Origin: Oligoflexales bacterium
GTDB lineage: Bacteria; Bdellovibrionota_B; Oligoflexia; Oligoflexales; RGVZ01
NCBI GenBank assembly: GCA_044236265.1
Contig: JBIIGV010000233.1
Coordinates: forward strand, 5,889 to 69,888
DNA length: 64,000 nucleotides
Direction: 5' to 3'
Every line of letters starts with the position of its first letter. The stretch's first letter is position 1. The notes under the pieces are model-generated. The model was given only the letters and a program-made list of their open reading frames with translations. It was not told the origin of the DNA and did no database searches. Shown here piece after piece: positions 51,801 through 63,800 of this stretch. The position numbers and the translations under genes were made by a program.

Positions 51801-54800
51801 TGTAATGCAGCAGTATCTAGTGCTGCCGCAGGTACATCGGGTGCTAACACCATCACGACCAATAACCTGACGGCTGATAATTCGACGTTGATCTTTGCTC
51901 AGGCTACAGATGCAGCGGGTAACGCTTCGGCTTGTACATCGATGACAAGCTACACCCATGATGGCACGGCACCAACGATCACGGGCGTAAGCTCGACCTC
52001 GGCTAACGGCACCTACCGCGTCGGTCAGACCATTCCAGTAACGGTAACCTTTGCAGAAAATGTCTACGTCACTGGAACTCCATCCTTACTCATGGAAACA
52101 GGCTCCACGGATACGGCTGCAAGCTATGTCTCTGGATCTGGTACAAGCACTCTGACCTTCAACTACGTGGTGGCGTTAACTGACCAGTCATCTGATCTTG
52201 ATTATCAGAGTGCTGCAGCACTGACGGTCGCTGGCGCAACGATCCAAGATCTTGCTGGCAACAACGCGACCTTAACTTTGGCTGCACCAGGTGCAACCAA
52301 TAGTCTTGCTGATCAGAAGGCAATCGTCATCCAAACGACCAAGCCAACGATTGCTTACACATCAATTAGCCCAGCCTCACCAGGCACAAGCCGTACTCCA
52401 ACGGTCTCGATGACTCTGTCTGAGGCGGCAACGGTCACGCTGTACACCGACAACACATGCAATACAGCCAAGTCTGCAGCAACAGCATTGTCTGCGGGTG
52501 CTGGCCAGACGGTGACAAGCTACACACTGACAGCGAACGCTGCGACAGATCTCTACGCCCAGGCGGTGGGTGCATTCGGCAATACGTCACTTTGTACGAT
52601 GCTCGTCTCCTACACCCATGACAGCATTGCACCGACAGTGACGTCATTTGTCAGAGCAAGTGGTCAGGCAGCGTTTACCAACTCTGTTCCTGTGAACTTC
52701 ACTATGACCTTCAGCGAAGCCATTGATCCGGCATTGTTCACCGCAAATGATATTAGTAACTCTGGTACTGCTAATGGTGTAACCTGGACGGTCACCAACT
52801 CTGGTAATAACACGACCTTCACAATCGCAGCGACCAGCTCAGGCAATGGTACATTGATTCCTCGCCTTGGAGTGACAGGAATTGCTGACCCTGCAGGCAA
52901 TACGAACGGCAGCCCTTACGATACAACGCAAAACGTCAGTTACACGGCAGCCACATTCACAGTCACAGTCAATCAGGCGTCTGGCCAGGCAGATCCAGTG
53001 AAGACGCTGCCTGCCCAATACACCGTCGTATTCTCAAGTGCAGTTGGCAACTCAAGCTTTGATGTCATTGACGTCAGCAATAGTGGTACCGCAACCGGTG
53101 TTGTCTGGGGACTTGCGACGTCTGATAACATCACCTGGACACTGACGGCAACGTCTGCGTCTTCTGATGGAACGATCATCCCAGTTATTGCGCAGAACAC
53201 GGTTCAAGATGAGTTCGGAAACCAAAACGGCGCTGCAACAGCCACCGATCGCTCGATTACATTTGACAGCGCTGCTCCGACATTCTCCGGACCATACACT
53301 GTCAGCCCAGCCAATCCTTCGAGCAGTCTAACTCCAACCATTCGTGGTGTAACGTCAGAGGCTTCGACGGTAACGATGTACTACGATTCAGGTTGTATTA
53401 CGCCTAAGTCTGCTGGCACAGCAAACACAGCCTTTGTCACCCCAGGCATTACGGTTAACTCAAATGTTAATGCTAACGGTACAACGACGATCTACGCCAA
53501 AGCGCAGGACACAGCCGGAAACGAGTCCAGCTGTACAACGATTGTGGCTACTTATACGCACGATAGCATGGGTCCATCTGTTACAAACGTGACCTCCAGC
53601 CAATCAAATGGAAGCTACAAGGTCACAGCGGCGCAGATTATTCCAATTAGCTTGACCTTCTCAGAGGCTGTCAACGTGACGGGTACGCCGACCTTGACCC
53701 TTGAGACTGGAGCAACGGACGCTATTGCAACTTATGCAAGTGGATCCGGAACATCCACTCTGGTCTTCAACTATACGGTCTTCGCAGGCGATACAAGTAG
53801 TGACCTCGACTATGCTGGAACGGCGGCTCTGGCCCTCAGCGGTGGAACGATGACTGATGCTGTTGGTAATAATGCAACATTGACTCTTCCTGCTCCTGGT
53901 GCTGCTGGAAGTCTTGGTGCGAACAAGGCTCTGATTATCGATACGACCTTGCCGACCGTAGCGTTTACGTCGATTTCACCTGTATCTCCGGGCGCAAGCT
54001 TGTCACCACAAGTGACCATCAATAGCTCGGAAGCTGGCAGCATGGAGCTCTTCTCGACCAGCAACTGTAACTCGTCGATTTCGACTGCCATCACGGGCTC
54101 GGTTGGAGCCAACACGATTGCCACGAATAGCCTTGCACCCAATGCTTCGACCTCTATCTTTGCAAAAGTCACTGATGCTGCTGGTAATGCATCGAGCTGT
54201 ACATCGATGACCACCTATCTCCACGACGGCGTCGATCCAACCGTTACTTCAGTTAGTTCGACTGCAGCAAACGGTAGTTATGGAACCGGTCAGACCATGG
54301 CTATCACGGTTTCATTCTCTGAGGTGGTTTACGTCACGGGTACACCAAATCTGACCCTTGAGACTGGTGCAACCGATGCTGTCATCAATTATGCTTCAGG
54401 ATCTGGTACGAATACGTTGACCTTCAACTACACAGTTGCTTCAACTCATAACTCTCTAGATCTTGATTATGAGTCCACCACGGCACTTCTACTGAATGGT
54501 GGAACGATTAAGGATGTGTCTCTCAATAACGCCGTATTAACCCTGCCAACAGTTGGCGGTGTTAACAGTATTGCAGGTCAGAAGGCGATCGTTATCGACA
54601 ACGTGGTTCCGACGATCACCTACACATCGATGACTCCAGCGTCTCCTGCGATGGGTCTAACACCAACCTTGACCATGTCCTTGTCTGAGGCGGCGACGGT
54701 CACTCTCCATAGCGACCACACATGTACGGCGCCAATTTCTGTAGATACAGCGCTGTCTTCTGGTGCTGGCCAGACGATTACGACTCAGGCGTTGACAGCA

Positions 54801-57800
54801 AATGCTACAACCTCGATTTACGCTAAGGCAATTGATGTTGTGAATAATCCGTCGGTCTGTACGTCGTTAACGACCTATACTAATGACAGCCTAGCACCGA
54901 CAGTCGTCTCCTTTGCGCGTGCGGCTGGGCAGGGTAGCGTTACGAATTCCGTGCCGGTGAACTTTACCATCACCTTCTCCGAGGACATGAGCGCTGCAAG
55001 CTTTACGGGTGCTGATATTAGCAATACGGGAACGGCAACTGGTGTTACTTGGGCTGTCACTCAGGTTAGCAGCACAGTCTTCACGGTAGCTGCATCGAGT
55101 GCAAATAATGGTACTCTCATTCCACGCCTGGCAAATGCAAGTGTCACTGATGTTGTCGGCAATGCGACAACTGCACAAGCTGATGCGACCAATAGTGTGA
55201 ACTTGGTCAATGGTGGATTGACAGTGACCGTCAACCAAGCCTCGGGCCAGGCTGATCCAACCAATGGCAGCACAATCAACTACACGGTTGTCTTCTCGAG
55301 AGCAATCGACCCAACAACCTTCGCGTCAGACGACATATTCCAAAACGGCACGGCGACTGGTTTAACATGGACGATCACCACATCGGACAATATAACCTTC
55401 AATCTTGCTGCAAGCGGTATGAGTGCAACGAGTACGGTGATTCCATCGATTTCTTCGACTCGGGTCAAAGATACCTTTGGTAACGATAATGCTGCATCAA
55501 CGTCGACCGATAATACAGTCAACTACGATGTCACTGCCCCAACACTAACCTTTGCATCTATTTCACCTTCAAGTCCTGCATCCACATTAATGCCGATGGT
55601 TTCAGGTACAGCGTCGAAGCCATCGACGGTCACGCTCTATTATGATTCCGGTTGTTCGACGGCTAAGTCCTCTGCGGAGTCCAATACGGTATTTGCGTTG
55701 CCAGGTATTGCCCTGACAGCCAATGTCAGCAGTAATACAGCAACATCAATTTACGGTAAGGCTGTCGACGCATTGGGCAACGCATCAAGCTGTTCGGCAT
55801 TGACGACCTACACTCATGATGGAATCAGTCCAACAGTCACGAACGTCACAGCTGTCCACGCCGATGGCACATTCAAGGCTGGTGAGCTGATTCCAATCAA
55901 GGTTACCTTCTCTGAAGCGGTTACCGTTACTGGAACTCCGCGCTTAACCCTTGAAACAGGCTCTGTCGATGCAGTAGTGAATTATACGAGCGGTTCGGGT
56001 ACGGCTGAGCTGACCTTCAACTATACAGTCTTCGCTGGTGACACAACCTCAGACCTTGACTATATCAGCACGTCAGCTCTCGCGCTTAACGGTGGAACCA
56101 TTGTTGATCATGTGGGCAATGCGGCTAGTGTGACGTTGCCAGCCGTCGGCGGTGTCGCAAGTATTGCTGGTCAGAAGTCCCTAGTTATAGACACGACGGC
56201 GCCGACGGTGGCGTTCACGTCCATCACGCCGGTTTCACCATCTAATAATCTAACACCAGCAGTCGCTCTAACATTGTCGGAGACAGCGTCAGATGTTCGT
56301 CTCTACAGTGACTCTGGCTGTAGTAGTGCTCTCTCGAATGCAGCCAATGCAGCCGCCGGTCCATACACCATCACGACAACGACTTTGACGGCGAATCAAA
56401 CCAACAATATTTACGCTCGTACAACCGATGTGGCGGGTAACCAGTCTGCCTGTACTTTGATGACAAACTACGCACACGATGGCGTGGCGCCTACCGTGAC
56501 GTCGGTAAGCGCATCATCAGCGAACGGAACCTACCACGTTGGCCAAACCGTTGCGGTGACGGTCGCATTCAGCGAAGTCGTTACAGTCTCCGGAACGCCA
56601 CAGTTAACACTTGAAACAGGTGCAAGCGATGCGGTGATCGATTACGTATCGGGATCAGGAAGCAATACGCTCACCTTCAATTACACAGTTGCACTCAGTC
56701 ATGCGTCACCCGACCTTGATTACACATCGACCGCGTCTTTGGCGGCTAACGGAGGATCTGTTCAGGATGGATCTGGAAACAATGCGACGTTGACGTTACC
56801 TGGTGTCGGTGGGCCGAACAGTATCGCGGGCCAAAAAGCGATTGTGATCCAAACGTCAAAACCAACGATCGCGTTCACATCTATTACGCCTAGCTCACCG
56901 GGAACCAGCCAGACTCCGACTGTGACGATGTCGCTATCGGATGCATCAACGGTCACGCTTTACAGCGATGGTGGTTGCTCGACAGCGATTTCTGCTCCAA
57001 CGGCGCTATCAGCTGGAGCAGGTCAATCGGTTATTACGCAGACATTGGCTGCAAATGGTCAAACTCAGATCCACGCTCAGGCAGTGGCAGCGTTCAGCAA
57101 TACATCACTGTGTACGAGTTTGGTTAGCTACACCCATGACAACGTGGCTCCAAGTGTGACATCTTTTGCGCGCGCAGGTGGTCAGGTTGAGTTCACAAAC
57201 TCTGTTCCTGCTAACTTCAGTATTACATTCAGCGAGGCGATCAATCCTGCGTCCCTTACTGCGGCTGATATCACAAACGCTGGTACTGCTGCGGGAGTTA
57301 CCTGGACAGTCACCAACTCCGGTAATAACACGACCTTCACAGTGGCGGCCTCGACTGCAGGTAACGGCACGATTCAGCCACGCCTCGCTATTGGGGCAGT
57401 GACCGATCCAGCGGGCAATGCAAGTGGTAGCCAGGTCGATGCGTCCAACAGCGTTAGCTACACTCAAGCAACATTCACCGTCACATTGAACCAGGCTTCT
57501 GGCCAGGCAGATCCAGTTAAAACCTTGCCAGTGCTCTACACGGTTGTATTCTCTAGCCCTGTAGGTGCTTCGAGCTTTACGGATGCTGATATCCAAAATC
57601 AAGGTTCTGGTACGACGGTCACCCAGTGGCAGCTTGAAACCGCCGATAATGTCACATGGACTTTGAAAGCGATGGCTGTCACCGGCAATGGAACGATCAT
57701 GCCAGTGATCACAGCAAATAGCGTTCAGGATGCCTTCGGAAACTTAAACGGTGCGTCGACCTCTACCGATCGCACTGTGACCTACGATACGACGGCGCCG

Positions 57801-60800
57801 ACACTGACATATGTCGCATTGACTCCAGCTAACCCGTCGACGTCGCTGATGCCGACCATCTTGGGAACAGCTTCAGAGACATCGACAGTGACTCTCTATT
57901 ACGACGGAGGATGTAGCACTCCTAAGTCGGTTGCTACAGCGAATACTCAGTTTGCAACTCCAGGAATTGCCGTTACCGGTAACGTCAATAGTAACGCTTC
58001 AACCGTCATCTACGCACAGGCAGTGGACACGGCAGGAAATCTCTCAAGTTGTACAAGCCTTGTGACCTATAACCATGACGGCGTTGGTCCGACCGTAACG
58101 AATGTGACGTCTACGGCAAGCGACGGCAACTACAAGGTCACGAATGCCCAAACAATTCCAGTGACGGTGACCTTCTCAGAAGTGGTCACAGTTACAGGAA
58201 CTCCAACCCTGACTTTGGAAACAGGAGCTACTGACGCGGTCGTTAGTTACAGCACGGGTTCAGGCACGAATACACTCACATTCACTTATACGGTCTTTGC
58301 TGGTGATACGGCTGCTGATCTCGACTATGTGTCAGCCTCGTCTCTAGTATTCAATGGCGGAACTGTTAAAGACGGCGTTGGCAACAATGCGACTTTGACA
58401 TTGCCAAGTCCAGGTGCTGCCGGAAGTTTGGGCGCAAACAAAGCGATTATCATTGATACAACGGCTCCAACTATTGGCTTTGCAGTGATTTCTCCGACGT
58501 CGCCGGCGACCTCTCAGACGCCAACTGTAACAGTCACTCTCTCGGAGGGATTGTCTGCTGTACAGTTGTTCTCTGACTCAAGCTGTACAGCGTCAGCCTC
58601 CGTATCGTCAAACGGATCTGCAGGAAACAAAAATATCGTCACGACCACGCTGAATGCGAATGCGACAACATCGCTCTACGCTAAAGGGACCGACATTGCT
58701 GGAAACGTCTCTATCTGCGCAAGCTTAACAAGCTATACCCATGATAACGCTGGTCCAACAGTTGTATCTGTAACATCATCCCTGGCCAATGGTACCTACG
58801 GACTGGGTCAGGTCGTCCCAGTGGCCATCACATTCTCAGAAGTTGTGTCTGTCACTGGAACGCCAACGCTGACTCTGGAAACAGGAGCTGTTGACGGTGT
58901 TGCAAGCTATGTTTCAGGATCAGGCACCAACACCCTCAACTTTAGCTACACCGTGGGTGCTGTCGACGGGACTGCAGACTTGAACTACGCGTCTACGACG
59001 GCCTTGGCTCTTGCTGGTGGTTCAATTTTGGATGCGTCAACGAACCCAGCCGATTTGACTCTACCAGCCTTGGCAAATGCAAGTAGCTTAGGCGGTCAAA
59101 AGGCTATTGTTCTTGATCTCACAGCTCCTACAATCACCTACGCTAGCATTGCGCCGACATCTCCGGGCACAACTGCAACACCGACAATCACGATGACTTT
59201 ATCCGAAGCAGCAACTGTGACTCTCTACAGTAACTCAGGGTGTTCGGCTTCTATTTCTGATGCGAAGGCACTTGTCAGTGGTGTGGGTCAGACCATCACT
59301 ACGAATGCTCTGACCGCAAATACGGAAATTTCCATCTATGCTAAAGGAATTGACACCGTTAATAACGCTTCAGGTTGCGCGTCTCTGACCACTTATACCT
59401 ATGATAGTGTGGCTCCTGCGGTTAGCTCCTTCGCAGTCGCTGGTGGTCAGGTAGCGGTAACGAACTCGGTGCCGATCAACTTCACATTGACCTTCTCTGA
59501 GGCCATTAACCCTTCCAGCTTTACGGCAGCAGACATTTCGAACGCTGGCACCGCAACGGGTGTTGATTGGTCGGTGACGAACTCTGGTGATAATACATCC
59601 TTTACAGTTTCGGCGACGTTGGCTGGTAATGGAACCATTCAGCCACGACTTGCAACCGCAAGTGTTGCCGATCCTGCAGGAAACCTTAATGCTGCAGTCA
59701 GCACTGCCACCGGCAGTGTCAGCTACTCTCAAGCAGCATTCACGGTTGCAATTAACCAGGCCTCAGGTCAGTCCGATCCAGTTCGTACAGGTCCGATCAC
59801 CTTTACAGCAGTCTTCTCGTCTGCCGTTGGTTCCTCAACATTTAGTGCGGGCGATGTAGCTCAGTCGGGTACGGCAGCTAATGTGACATTTGCTGTAACG
59901 AGCCTGGATGACATCACATGGACAATTACCGCTAGTGGCATGAGTGGTTCCGGTACGGTTGTTCCGACCATCGCTTCGAACCGAGTCAAAGACCTCTTCG
60001 GAAATGACAACGCTGCGTCCACCTCAACAGATAACACTGTCAGTTACGATGTTACGACGCCGACCCTTACATTCGCGTCTGTCGGTAGTGGAAACCCAGG
60101 CTCAAGCTTGACCCCAACCATTCTTGGTACAGTGTCGAAGGCGTCCACAGTCACCTTGTACTTCGACTCTGGCTGTTCAACTGCTAAATCAGCGCCTACA
60201 GCTAACACAGCATTCGCAAGCCCAGGTATTACGCTAACCGGAAACGTTAACGCTAACACCTCAACGACCATCTATGGCAAAGCTGTTGACTCCCTCGGTA
60301 ACGAAACCTGCTCACTCTTGACGACCTATAATCATGACGGTGCTGGTCCAAGTGTTGTGAGTGTTGCCGTGAACAAGGCTAATGGCAGCTATAAGACTGG
60401 GGAAGTGATTCCTGTGCAGATCACGTTCTCTGAGGCAGTCACGGTCACCGGAGCGCCACAAATTACCCTTGAAACCGGAGCAACCGATGCGGTCGTGGAT
60501 TATACATCCGCGGCAAGTAGTACAGTCTTGAATTTCAACTACACAGTCTCTCCAGGGGACACCACAGCAGATCTTGATTACGCCTCAACCACAGCGTTGG
60601 CGTTGAATTCTGGCACGATCCGCGATGCGGTTGGAAATAACGCGACCTTGACCCTTCCAGCTGTCGGTGGCGCAGCCAGCATTGGCGGAAATTATGCAAT
60701 TGTCATTGATACAACAGCACCGTCTGTGACCTATAACTCGATCACCCCTGCGTCTCCTGCAAGTAATCTCAATCCGCAAGTTGCTCTGACCCTTTCAGAG

Positions 60801-63800
60801 GCGGTTGCAAACGTTCAGCTTTACTCAAACTCTGGCTGTAGTGCTGCGGTGTCAACGGCTACGGCCGGAACTGCTGGCGCTAATACGATTACAACGTCCG
60901 CACTCAGTGCGAATACGACGACGAACCTATTTGCTCAAGCAAGCGATGCCGCTGGTAACCAATCGGCATGTACCTCGATGACAGCCTATCTTCATGACGG
61001 AGTGGCTCCTACGGTGCAATCTGTAACTGCTACGGCAGCCAACGGCACATACCGCGTCGGTCAGACGATTCCAGTCACGGTTACTTTCAGTGAGGCTGTG
61101 ACGGTCAGTGGAACTCCACAGTTGACCCTTGAAACAGGAGCGACCGATGCAGTCGTGAACTATGCTTCAGGATCTGGCACGGCCACTCTGACCTTCAACT
61201 ATGTTGTTGGTCTCAATGATAGTTCAGCAGATCTTGATTACACGTCGACGGCAGCTCTTGCTCTTAATAGCGGCACAATCGCCGACGCTGCTGCTAACAA
61301 TGCCACATTGACTCTGCCAACTGTTGGCGGCGCTGGAAGCTTGGGAGCTAATAAAGCACTTGTCATTCAGACCACTCCTCCAACGGTCACCTACAACTCG
61401 ATCTCTCCAAGTTCGCCAAACAGTAGTCAGACACCAACAGTAACCATGACTCTATCTGATGCGGCTACCGTGACTCTCTATAGCAATGGCGGATGTTCGA
61501 CGGCGATTTCGGCTGGCGCTGCTCTCTCTGCAGGATCTGGCCAAACAGTGACGACCTATACTTTGAGTCCAAACGTTACGACTCAGATTTTCGCCCAAGC
61601 GGTCGCCGCCTTCGGCAATACCTCTAGCTGTACAAGCCTCGTGTCCTACACCCATGATAATGTTGCGCCAACAGTGTCGAGCTTTGTCAGAGCGACGTCG
61701 CCTGTTCAGGCACAGTTTACAAACTCGGTACCCGTTAACTTCAAGATCACCTTTAGCGAGGCGATTAACTCAGGAAGCTTTACGGCATCGGATATTATCA
61801 ATACGGGAACTGCATCCGGCGTAACCTGGACGGTTTCAAATAGCGGAGACAATATTAACTTTACAGTTGCGGCGTCGGCTTCTGGAAACGGAACCTTGAT
61901 TCCTCGACTGGCGGCGAATGCTGTCACGGATTCTGCAGGTAATAATAACGGTAGCCAGTACGATGCGACCGAGTCCGTAAGTTACACAGCAGCTCTATAC
62001 ACTGTGACTGTAAACCAGGCGTCGGGTCAGGCTGATCCAGTCAATAGCTTGCCAGTGAACTATACTGTCGTCTTCTCAAGTGCAGTAGGTAGCAGCTCGT
62101 TTGCTGTCGGCGATGTAACCAACATTGGATCGGCCTCCGGTGTGACATGGACGCTAACAGACAGTGGCGACGGCATCACCTGGAACCTGTCTGCGACGGC
62201 AACGGGTGCTGGAACTATTATTCCATCGATAGCAGCCAACACAGTTAAAGATGCATTCGGCAACGACAATGCCGCAGCCACAACAACGGATCGCACGGTC
62301 ACTTACGACAATGTTGTCCCGACATTCTCTTCGATCTCGGTCAGCCCAGCAGCAACATCGTCTAGCTTGACACCGACGATCCTCGGTACCGTCTCTGAAT
62401 CCTCGACGGTGACGTTATACTTCGATTCCGGCTGTACAACGCCGAAATCAGCAGCTGCAGCCAATACAGTCCTTGCCTCCCCCGGTGTCCAAGTTACGTC
62501 GAACGTTAACAGCAACACGACGACCACGATTTACGGTAAAGCGATTGATGCGGCTGGCAACGCATCTGCTTGTGCGACACTGGCGACCTATACTCACGAT
62601 GGTGTTGGGCCAACAGTCACCAATGTTTCTTCGACGGCGGCTGATGGCACCTATAAAGTCACAGCTGCTCAGACGATTCCAGTCACGATTACCTTCTCTG
62701 AGAATGTTGTTGTAACCGGAACCCCAACCATCACACTTGAGACTGGCTCTACGGACGCTGTGGTCAGCTTTAGCAGTGCATCTGGCAACACGATGACCTT
62801 CACGTACACGGTCTTCGCGGGTGATACGGCTACAGATCTTGATTACGTCGGTACCGGATCGCTTGTTTTGGCTGGCGGTACGATTAAAGACACTTACGGT
62901 AACAACGCAACTCTGACATTGCCAAGTCCGGGTGCTGCTAGCAGCCTCGCTGCGAACAAGGCCATCGTTATTGACACGGCGGCTCCAATGATTAGCTATA
63001 CATCTATTGCTCCAGTTTCGCCAGGTAGCTCTCTAACTCCACAAATCAGCATCAGCCTTTCAGAGGCTGTCTCGAGTGTCCAGCTCTTCTCTGATGGAAG
63101 CTGCTCAAGTTCTGCGTCAAGTGCATCCACGGGTTCTGCGGGTGCTAAGACGATTACCACAAGTGCACTGACCGCCAATGCGACCACGGCACTCTACGCT
63201 CAGGCAACGGACATTGTTGGAAACATCTCGAGCTGTTCGCTTATGACAAGTTATCGTCACGATGGTGCTGCGCCGACCGTATTGTCGGTCAGCTCGTCTT
63301 TGGCAAATGGTACTTACGGTTTGGGACAGGTGATCCCGGTTACCGTAACCTTCTCTGAGGTCGTCACCGTCACTGGTACTCCACAACTGACCCTTGAAAC
63401 TGGCGCAACTGATGCAGTCGTTAATTATGTGTCTGGTTCTGGCACGGCGGCTCTGACCTTCAACTACACGGTAGCAGTAGGTCATGGGTCAAGTGACCTC
63501 GATTACACAACCAATACCGCGCTTGCATTCAATGGCAGTACGATTGTAGATGGATCCGGAAATGCCGCGGTCCTGACGCTACCGGCCCCTGGTACTGGAT
63601 CAAGTTTAGCGGGTCAAAAAGCAATTGTGATCGACCTGGTCGCTCCAACGATTGCTTACAGCTCGATATCTCCTGCATCACCAGGCATGTCGCAGACGCC
63701 AACACTCACCATAACCTTGAGTGAGGCAGCAACGGTGACGCTCTACAGCAACAACTCATGTACAGCATCGATCTCGGCAGCGACGTCGCTCGCGAGTGGC

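Noticed and set aside
27892-62715. Plus-strand ORFs in the track inside the giant gene (27892..28092, 28306..28548, 28804..29043, 36982..37326, 39460..39741, 45781..46038, 49381..49620, 56941..57159, 59587..59859, 62473..62715 and others).
   Set aside because: Every one has a start coordinate with mod 3 = 1, the +1 frame relative to the giant ORF. Their products are Arg/Leu/Gln/Pro-rich nonsense typical of an off-frame reading.
31253-63485. About 75 minus-strand ORFs of 60-199 aa in the track (for example 50226..50825 at 199 aa, 57105..57602 at 165 aa, 31874..32326 at 150 aa), many resembling each other.
   Set aside because: All lie antisense to the continuous frame-0 ORF. They recur with the 2.25-kb period because the sense repeats recur. 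Their translations are low-complexity mirror images (V/T/A/S/G-rich or R/C-rich) with no start-site signals. They are shadow ORFs, not genes.
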